A DNA stretch of 64,000 nucleotides from Burkholderiales bacterium RIFCSPLOWO2_12_FULL_61_40. Lineage in GTDB: Bacteria; Pseudomonadota; Gammaproteobacteria; Burkholderiales; Burkholderiaceae_C. The translations under genes and the position numbers were made by a program. Location of the stretch: positions 106 to 64,105 of the forward strand of contig MESI01000022.1 in assembly GCA_001770935.1 (NCBI GenBank). The letters are read 5' to 3'. Below are positions 57,470 to 64,000 of this stretch, in pieces. The notes beneath the pieces were generated by a model. That model was not told the DNA's origin, did no database searches, and saw nothing but the letters and a program-made list of their open reading frames with translations. Positions within the stretch are counted from its first letter, which is position 1. Each line of letters opens with the position of its first letter.

Positions 57470-58699
57470 TTAAGCCCCCACTTTCAGAAACAAATCCTGG
57501 TCGGGGGCGAAATTGGCGTGCAGGGGTAAGAGCGCGCCGCCCAGCGCGCGCGCGTCGGGCCCCACGCTGCCCGCCATCACGCGGGTGGGCCACAGCCCTT
57601 CCCAGTTGTAGCGGGTCAGGGCTTCGTTGGTGCGCTCTATCAGGCGCTGCAGCAGCGCGCGGCAAAACGAGCCGTCCATCACCACGGCCTCAATGTCCAA
57701 AAACGCCGTGCCACTCACCACGCAGTGCGCCAGCGCGTTGGCAGCACGGGTCAGCCAGGCTTGGGTTTCCGCTTCAAACGGTGCGGCCAGCGCGCGTTCG
57801 TCGTAGGCGGCGCTGGGGTCCAGGGCTCGGGCCTTGAAGCGTTGCTCCAGTTCCCACAAGGAGGCCTGGCCGACCAACTGCTCTGGCGGCAGCGTGCCCG
57901 CCGCCAGGCAGGAGGGCAAGGACGCCACGGCACCGGCATTGCCATGGATGCCGCCATGCAGATGGGAGTTGATCACCAGCCCGCCGCCTACAAAGGTATC
58001 GACAAACAGGTACAAAAAACTTTTCAGGTCGCGCCCGCGCCCATTGACCAGCTCGGCCACACAGGCTGCCGAGGTGTCTTTGAGAAAGCTGACCGGGGCG
58101 TCCGTCATGGCCTGCACCTGGGCACGCAGGTCAATCTGGTTCCACTCGGTGGACTGCGCATCGGACAGGCCCAGCATGCGGTGCCAGCCGCCCAATTGGA
58201 AAGGCGCGGCCACCCCCACCCCCACCAGGCGCGGGCTCAAGGGGCCCAGCCCATCGCGCATGGCATTCAGGCGTTCGCCGAGGGCGGGCAGCAGGGAGCT
58301 GGCGTCCGGGAAGGCGTATTCCAGGGTTTGGCGCTGGCGCACCTGGCCGGTGAAGTCCACCAGCAGCCAGTCGGCACTGCGCCTGCCAATCTTGATGCCG
58401 ATGGAAAATGCGCCGTCCGGGTTCAGGGCCAGGGGGATGGAGGGTTGGCCGATGCGCCCGCGCACCGGCTCATGCCGGACCAAAAGGCCGTCTTCGTCCA
58501 GCCGGGTGGTGATCAGGCCGATGGTTTGTGCGGTGAGCCCGGTCAGGCGGGCCAGGTCCGCTTTGGGCAGGCTGCCGTTCAGTCGGATGGCCTGCAGCAC
58601 CACCCGTTCGTTGAACGCCCGCATGCCCACATGGTTGGAGCCGCGTGGGCGCAGGAGTTGGGGGAGTTCGGGGGCGGCGCGGGTGCTGTCAGCGTTCAT
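57470..58699 (-). CDS. ROK-family transcriptional regulator
   Basis: 409 aa from internal Met 58699. wHTH (NERVVLQAIRLNGSLPKADLARLTGLTAQTIGLITTRL) plus a ROK sugar-kinase-like domain. Confidence 0.85.
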   Translation of the reverse strand: MNADSTRAAPELPQLLRPRGSNHVGMRAFNERVVLQAIRLNGSLPKADLARLTGLTAQTIGLITTRLDEDGLLVRHEPVRGRIGQPSIPLALNPDGAFSIGIKIGRRSADWLLVDFTGQVRQRQTLEYAFPDASSLLPALGERLNAMRDGLGPLSPRLVGVGVAAPFQLGGWHRMLGLSDAQSTEWNQIDLRAQVQAMTDAPVSFLKDTSAACVAELVNGRGRDLKSFLYLFVDTFVGGGLVINSHLHGGIHGNAGAVASLPSCLAAGTLPPEQLVGQASLWELEQRFKARALDPSAAYDERALAAPFEAETQAWLTRAANALAHCVVSGTAFLDIEAVVMDGSFCRALLQRLIERTNEALTRYNWEGLWPTRVMAGSVGPDARALGGALLPLHANFAPDQDLFLKVGA

Positions 58700-59148
58700 G
58701 GGCGCAGATTTTCGCCGATCACACCTTTGCGCAGAATAAAGTTGCCAAAAGGTTGGCGTTCGCCGGTCAGCACCACGGCGTAGGCGGCGCGGGCGCGGTC
58801 GTAAAACGCATAACGCTCCAGCGCTTGGGCACTTTGGCCGGCTTGCAGTTCGCCCACCACAAGCTCCAGCACCTCGCGTTGCAGTTCCGACAGGTAAGGG
58901 CATTGTGTGCCACCCACCTGCATATAGGCCACCGGGTGGTCCACATCCGCCGCCAGCGGTAGCAAGGAGGTGACGGCCTGCACGGCCTGCACCATGGTGC
59001 TGCCGGGCAGGCGCAGCACCGGCTTGCCGGCGGCAATGCTCATGGCGGTGAAGTTGGCGTCGCCCAGCACCAGGGCGTCGTCGTGGCCCATCTCCATCAA
59101 GAGCTTGAGCAGCTCGGGGGTGAGCAGGGGGTGGATTCCTTTGAGCAT
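58696..59148 (-). CDS. RbsD/FucU-family sugar mutarotase/pyranase
   Basis: 150 aa from the internal Met (MLKGIHPLLTPELLKLLMEMGHDDALVLGDANF...). 4-nt overlap with the ROK gene. Confidence 0.8.
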   Translation of the reverse strand: MLKGIHPLLTPELLKLLMEMGHDDALVLGDANFTAMSIAAGKPVLRLPGSTMVQAVQAVTSLLPLAADVDHPVAYMQVGGTQCPYLSELQREVLELVVGELQAGQSAQALERYAFYDRARAAYAVVLTGERQPFGNFILRKGVIGENLRP

Positions 59149-59168
59149 GGTGTGCGCTATCTCAGGTT

Positions 59169-59978
59169 TTAAGCATGGGCGTCGGCGGGCAATTCGTCCA
59201 CCGTCTTGGCGCCCGTCATCACGGCGACGGTGTCGCTCATGCTGATGGTTTTGGGGTTGACCACGGCGGCGCGTTTGCCCAGGCGCTGGATGTGGATGCG
59301 GTCGGCAATCTCGAATACATGGGGCATGTTGTGGCTGATCAGAATCACCGGCAAGCCCTTGTCGCGCACCCGGCGTATCAGTTCCAGCACCATATTGCCT
59401 TCCTTCACGCCCAGCGCGGCGGTGGGCTCGTCCATGATGACCACATGCCGGGCAAATGCGGCGGCGCGGGCCACGGCCACGCACTGGCGCTGGCCGCCCG
59501 ACAAGGTTTCCACCGCCTGCGTCATGGAGCGGATGCCGACCTTGAGCTCTTGCATGCGGGCCACGGCCTGGGCCAGCATTTCCTTTTTGTCCAGCAGGCG
59601 CAGCCACTGGCCCAGTGGGCCAGGGCGGACCAACTCGCGGCCCAGAAACAGGTTCTCGGCAATGCTCATGGCTGGCGCCACCGCCAGGTCCTGGTACACC
59701 GTTTCGATGCCGGCGCGCCGGGCGTCGATGGGCGATTTGAAGCGCATGCTTTTGCCGTCGAGCAGGAGCTCCCCCTCGTCGGGCACCGTGGCGCCCGACA
59801 AGGCTTTGATAAGGGACGATTTGCCCGCCCCGTTGTCGCCAATGACCGCCAGGATTTCTCCGGCGCGCAGCTCAAAGTCGGTGCCGTCCAGCGCCGTGAC
59901 CTGGCCATAACGCTTGACGATGCCTTTGGCTTGCAGGACCAGCGGGGTGGAATTTTTAACCGAAGTGCGGGTGTTCAT
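59169..59978 (-). CDS. Sugar ABC transporter ATP-binding protein (single NBD, FrcA-like)
   Basis: 269 aa. Walker A GDNGAGKSS, signature LSGGQRQ, Walker B VVIMDEPTAAL. Confidence 0.9.
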   Translation of the reverse strand: MNTRTSVKNSTPLVLQAKGIVKRYGQVTALDGTDFELRAGEILAVIGDNGAGKSSLIKALSGATVPDEGELLLDGKSMRFKSPIDARRAGIETVYQDLAVAPAMSIAENLFLGRELVRPGPLGQWLRLLDKKEMLAQAVARMQELKVGIRSMTQAVETLSGGQRQCVAVARAAAFARHVVIMDEPTAALGVKEGNMVLELIRRVRDKGLPVILISHNMPHVFEIADRIHIQRLGKRAAVVNPKTISMSDTVAVMTGAKTVDELPADAHA

Positions 59979-60937
59979 TAACGTGCTCCCTTGCGCGACA
60001 TCTGGTCGGCAGCCACCGCCAGAATGACCAAAATGCCGGTGATCAATGTTTGGTAAACCGAGGCCACCCCCATCAGGGTCAGGCCATTGCGGAACACACC
60101 CACAATCACCGCGCCCACCAGCGAGCCCAGAATCACGCCGCGCCCGCCAAACAGGCTGGTGCCGCCCAGCACCACGGCGGTGATGGCGTCCAGGTTTTCG
60201 GTCTGGCCCGCGTTGGGGTCGCCCACGCCGGTGCGCGCCACCGACAACAAAGCGGCGATACCGTAGAACAAACCCGCCAGCGCATAGACCGACACCAGCA
60301 CCCGGTCCACGCGGATACCGGTCAGGCGTGCGGCCTCCGGCGCATTGCCCACGGCGTACAGGTGGCGCCCGGGCGCCGTGTCGCGCAAGACAAACCAGGC
60401 CAGCACATACAGGCCAATCATGGTCACGGTGCCCGAACTCACCTCGGTGGAGCCGATGTTGAAGGTGTCCCCCAGTGCGGTGAGCACGCTGGGCAGGTTG
60501 GTGGTGGTTTGGGATGCGGAATAGATCTGGGTAATGGCAAAGGCAATGTTCAAGGTGCCCAAGGTGACGATAAAAGGCGGCAGCTTGATGCGCGTGACCA
60601 GCAGGCCGTTCACCAGGCCAAAACCGGTGGTGACTGCCAGGCCACAGACGATGGCCATGTAGGGGTTGATGCCGTAATCGACCGCAAATTTGGTCATCAC
60701 CACACCGCCCAGTGCCATCACCATGCCGCAGGAAAGGTCGATACCGGCGGTCAAAATGATCAGCGTCTGCCCGATCGCCAGCACGCCGACCACCATGACC
60801 TGCTGCAAAACCAGGGACAGGTTTTCCCCGCTCAGGAAACGGTCCGATTGGGTCGCGAAAAATAGACAGGTGGCTAGCAGTGCCAGCCAGGGGCCCAAGG
60901 CTCCCCAGGGAATAGGGCGTGATGGCGTCGCGGACAT
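59978..60937 (-). CDS. Sugar ABC transporter permease (FrcC/RbsC-like)
   Basis: 319 aa, ~9-10 TM segments, 1-nt overlap with the ATPase gene. Confidence 0.9.
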   Translation of the reverse strand: MSATPSRPIPWGALGPWLALLATCLFFATQSDRFLSGENLSLVLQQVMVVGVLAIGQTLIILTAGIDLSCGMVMALGGVVMTKFAVDYGINPYMAIVCGLAVTTGFGLVNGLLVTRIKLPPFIVTLGTLNIAFAITQIYSASQTTTNLPSVLTALGDTFNIGSTEVSSGTVTMIGLYVLAWFVLRDTAPGRHLYAVGNAPEAARLTGIRVDRVLVSVYALAGLFYGIAALLSVARTGVGDPNAGQTENLDAITAVVLGGTSLFGGRGVILGSLVGAVIVGVFRNGLTLMGVASVYQTLITGILVILAVAADQMSRKGAR

Positions 60938-61001
60938 ATCAGTCTCCGTGCGAAATACAAAAAATGAAGTTCAGGCCCGCCAAGGCCTGAAACGATCGAA
61001 T

Positions 61002-61108
61002 AGATTCCGTTTCTAATTCAATGCGAGATTAGGCGCACCGCCGTAGACAGTGCTTTGGCACGGCAAGGCGGGGCAACGACATATCGCTTTGAAGTAGGAA
61101 CGGAATTA
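61002..61108 (-). mobile_element. MITE-like 101-bp element, copy D (core 61005-61105), most diverged, flanks AGA/TTA
   Basis: About 80% identical to copy B by hand alignment and the same 101-nt length. The proximal flank TTA (61106-61108) is the TAA stop of the binding-protein gene. The distal flank does not match. Confidence 0.7.
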
Positions 61109-62116
61109 CTTGTTGCCCCAGCACAGGTCCATTCCGACCTTGGTGTCTTTGCTGTCCACACCCGCAATCGCCTTGGAGGCAACCAGGGTCACGCCAGTGT
61201 CCACATAACCCGAGGCTTTTTTACCGCCCTTGGCGTATTCCACACCCGCAGCCACGCCCATGGCCGCCATCTTCAGCGGGTACTGTTGCGAGGTGGCGGT
61301 GATCACACCCGCCGCCGTGTCCTTGATGCCCTGGCAGCCACCGTCCACCGACACAATCAGCACGCCTTTTTCCTTGCCGGCCTTCTTGAGTGCGTTGTAG
61401 GCGCCAGCGGCGGCGGGTTCATTGATGGTGTAGACCACATTGATGTCGGGGTTCTTTTGCAGGCAGTTTTCCATGGCGGTCTGGCCCTTGGCCTGGTTGC
61501 CGTCGGTGTCGCCCGCGCACACGGTCTCAGCGGTGCTGGAGAGTTCGTTGGACTTGGCGTCATGGGCTTTCAGGCCAAAACCGGTCATGAAACCGTTGTG
61601 GCGCTGGGCACCCACGGGGTGGCCGGGGAACAGGTCCAGCATGGCGATCTTGGCGGGCTTGCCAGCCATGGCGGCCTTGGCGTACTGGCCAATCAAAATG
61701 CCGGCCTTGTAGTTGTCGGTGGCGAACAGGGCGTCGGCGCCGTCAAACGGGCTGTCCAGGGCGATCACTTGCACGCCTTTGGCCTGGATTTTCTTCACGG
61801 TCGGGATGATGGCGTCGCCCGTGGAGGTGATCAAAATGGTTTTGGCGCCCGCAGCGGCCATGTTCTCCAGCGCGGTGATCTGGCTGGCGGTGTCGCCGTC
61901 TTTCTTGCCGGATGCGGTCATCAGCTTGGCGCCCATCTTCTTGGCTTCGGCCTGGGCGCCTTCTTTCATTTTGACGAAGAAGGGGTTGGTCTCGGTTTTG
62001 GTGATCAGGCCGATGATGGGTTCACCGGCTGCGAACGCGCTGGAGGTGGCGAGGGCCAGAGCAGATAGCATCAGTGTGGTGGTGGCTTGGTTCATGGGAA
62101 TCTCCTGGGTTTTCAA
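61106..62116 (-). CDS. Sugar ABC transporter periplasmic binding protein (FrcB/RbsB-like)
   Basis: 336 aa. Signal peptide ...ATSSAFA/AGE and a type I periplasmic-binding fold. The start may be the second Met (MNQATT...). Confidence 0.85.
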   Translation of the reverse strand: MKTQEIPMNQATTTLMLSALALATSSAFAAGEPIIGLITKTETNPFFVKMKEGAQAEAKKMGAKLMTASGKKDGDTASQITALENMAAAGAKTILITSTGDAIIPTVKKIQAKGVQVIALDSPFDGADALFATDNYKAGILIGQYAKAAMAGKPAKIAMLDLFPGHPVGAQRHNGFMTGFGLKAHDAKSNELSSTAETVCAGDTDGNQAKGQTAMENCLQKNPDINVVYTINEPAAAGAYNALKKAGKEKGVLIVSVDGGCQGIKDTAAGVITATSQQYPLKMAAMGVAAGVEYAKGGKKASGYVDTGVTLVASKAIAGVDSKDTKVGMDLCWGNK

Positions 62117-62255
62117 AGGGTTCGTGGTGGATCAGCAAGGGTGTGGCCCCCGACCAATTTGCGCTTTACCTTGCGGCGCAGCTGAACTATAGTCGCTGGG
62201 TACTTACTAAATCAAGTTAATTTAGTTAAGGAAAACCCTAATACGGAGCAAATAC

Positions 62256-63236
62256 ATGACCCATTTACAAGTGGCAACGGCTGGCGAAGCCCTGATCGAC
62301 CTGATTCACAACGCGGACGGCCGCCTGCAACCCTGCCTGGGGGGCGCGGTGTACAACCTGACCCGCGCCCTGGCCCGCCAAGGGGTGCAGACGCTGTACC
62401 TCAACCCTTTGTCGCGTGACCGCTTTGGCCGCCAATTGGCCGCCGGCCTGCTGGCGGACGGTGTGCATCTGGCGGTGCCCGACGCCGTGCAGCAGGTCAC
62501 CTCGCTGGCAGTGGTGGGGGTCGATGCTGTCGGCCATCCTGACTATTCTTTTTACCGTGAGGGGGTTGCGGACCGCGCTACCACGGCCCAGGCCATGACC
62601 AGCGCCTGTGCCCAATCCGATACTTTGTCCGTGGTCTGCACCGGTGCCCTGGCGCTGTCGCCCGACGATGCCGACACCTATTTGCCCTGGCTGGCCAGCC
62701 AGCGCCAAGCCGGACGCACCGTGGTGGTCGACGCCAATCTGCGCCCCTCGGTCATGCCCGATCTGGCGCTGTACCGGGCCCATGTCCTTGCGGCCCTGCA
62801 GTTTGCCGATGTCATCAAGGCCAGCGACGAAGACCTGGAATGCCTGAGCCTGCCGGGCGCCGATGCCACCGCGCAGGCCCGGCACCTCCTGCAGCACAGC
62901 CGCGCGCATTTCCTGGCCCTGACCCGCGGTGGCGAAGGCGCGACCCTGCTCACCCGCAGCGGCCAAACCTTTCACGCCCGGGAAACGGCGGCGATTGCGG
63001 TGGCCGACACCGTGGGCGCCGGGGACTGTTTTCTGGCCGGACTGGTGGCGGCCCTGCTGGAGCAGGGTCTGGCGGCCGACTGGGGCTCGTCTGAGGTGCC
63101 AGCGGCGCAGGCCCACGCGCTGTTGGGCAACGCCATCGCCAGCGCCAGCATTTGTGTCATGCGCCAGGGCTGCGTGCCGCCGCTGCGTGCAGAAGTGAAA
63201 GACCGCCTGGCACTGGCCACAGTGGAGTTCGCATGA
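62256..63236 (+). CDS. PfkB-family carbohydrate kinase (fructokinase-like)
   Basis: 326 aa. GEALIDLI N-terminus and DTVGAGDCF ATP-site motif. Confidence 0.85.
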   Translation: MTHLQVATAGEALIDLIHNADGRLQPCLGGAVYNLTRALARQGVQTLYLNPLSRDRFGRQLAAGLLADGVHLAVPDAVQQVTSLAVVGVDAVGHPDYSFYREGVADRATTAQAMTSACAQSDTLSVVCTGALALSPDDADTYLPWLASQRQAGRTVVVDANLRPSVMPDLALYRAHVLAALQFADVIKASDEDLECLSLPGADATAQARHLLQHSRAHFLALTRGGEGATLLTRSGQTFHARETAAIAVADTVGAGDCFLAGLVAALLEQGLAADWGSSEVPAAQAHALLGNAIASASICVMRQGCVPPLRAEVKDRLALATVEFA

Positions 63237-63892
63237 CGGGCCTGCCCCCCGAATGCCTGGAGCGTGCGGCCCGGTGGCTGGCGGCCGGTGAACGCAAAGT
63301 CTTGGGCATTGTTGCGCCGCCTGGCGCGGGCAAGTCCAGCTTTGCCCAGGCTTTGGCCACGGCGTTCGCATCCGCCGCGCAGGTGCTGCCCATGGATGGG
63401 TTTCATCTGGCCAACACCGAGCTGGCGCGCTTGGGCCGGGCCGGGCGCAAAGGGGCACCCGACACCTTTGACGCGGCGGGTTATGTGCACCTGCTGCAGC
63501 GTGTCCGGGCGCAGGCCGATGGCGCAACCATTTACGCCCCGGACTACCGCCGCGAGTTGGAGGAAGCCGTCGCCGGAGCTATTGCCATTGAGGCCCACAC
63601 GCCGCTCATCCTCACCGAAGGCAATTACCTGCTGCTGGAGGACGGCGGCTGGGCCGGGGTGCGTGGTGTGCTCGATGAAGTCTGGTACCTGGACGTGGAC
63701 GATACCGTGCGCCGCGAGCGCCTGCTGGCGCGCCACATGCGCTTTGGCCGCAGCCGGGAGCAGGCCCTGGCCTGGATGGCGCACACCGACGAGCCCAATG
63801 CGCTGCGCATCGCAGAAAGCCGACACCTTGCGGATGTGTTTGTGGCGTGGGATGAAGACCAGTCCCTCACGGGGCTGTCGGCTGCCAGTTGA
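63233..63892 (+). CDS. P-loop nucleoside/nucleotide kinase family protein
   Basis: 219 aa from the internal Met (MTGLPPECLERAARWLAAGERKVLGIVAPPGAGKSS...). ATGA overlap with the PfkB kinase stop. Confidence 0.7.
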   Translation: MTGLPPECLERAARWLAAGERKVLGIVAPPGAGKSSFAQALATAFASAAQVLPMDGFHLANTELARLGRAGRKGAPDTFDAAGYVHLLQRVRAQADGATIYAPDYRRELEEAVAGAIAIEAHTPLILTEGNYLLLEDGGWAGVRGVLDEVWYLDVDDTVRRERLLARHMRFGRSREQALAWMAHTDEPNALRIAESRHLADVFVAWDEDQSLTGLSAAS

Positions 63893-64000
63893 TTTCCCGG
63901 GCGGTTTGTTCGCCGATCAGCACCCGGTTCAGGCTGGCCGGTATCTCGGCCTCGGTGTGTGTCAGGGGGGGGCGGCCTGCCATGATCTCGGCATAGGCCT
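63867..64000 (-). CDS. Possible 3' end of an unidentified minus-strand gene (runs out of window)
   Basis: The minus-strand frame stays open from the window edge (AYAEIMAGRPPLTHTEAEIPASLNRVLIGEQTAREINWQPTAP-stop). No family recognised. Overlaps the kinase 3' end by 26 nt. Confidence 0.25.
   Translation of the reverse strand, partial: AYAEIMAGRPPLTHTEAEIPASLNRVLIGEQTAREINWQPTAP

Overview
High-GC chromosomal segment of betaproteobacterial type. Gene content and protein sequences look Comamonadaceae-like, but that is inference only. The backbone is housekeeping and metabolism. In order: ntrB(end)-ntrC, xthA, folA/thyA, a GlcD-like FAD oxidase, and a NarL-type two-component operon with a hemerythrin. 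Then metY, aroC, aroQ, sdaA, and gcvT-gcvH-gcvP behind a tandem glycine riboswitch. Then ETF-QO, two SDRs, tRNA-Val, phaR, rimO, tRNA-Leu, rnr, an HDOD protein, a MATE pump and two paralogous orphan histidine kinases. Finally a porin, yegQ-arfB, mutL, DedA/TIGR00266/M48, and a ROK-regulated sugar (fructose-type) ABC locus with a PfkB kinase. Small accessory insertions interrupt this backbone. (1) Six toxin-antitoxin/abortive-infection-like modules: AbiE-like NTase pair, HTH-less HipA/YjjJ-like kinase, VapBC, HigBA, HEPN-MNT and ParE-like. (2) A stand-alone nuoI between two of them. (3) Most notably, four dispersed copies of a 101-bp hairpin-forming MITE-like element. Three of its four copies are flanked by identical T-R-A trinucleotides, and three copies use the stop codon of the upstream gene as the proximal flank. 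(4) An 85-bp duplicate of the sdaA 3' end bracketing a 1-kb higBA+MITE insertion, next to a 280-bp non-coding block built from long inverted repeats. (5) Two 26-bp perfect palindromes and several operator-like inverted repeats. No rRNA, CRISPR array, transposase, integrase or prophage genes were seen. All family assignments come from reading the translated ORFs by eye; no database search was run.
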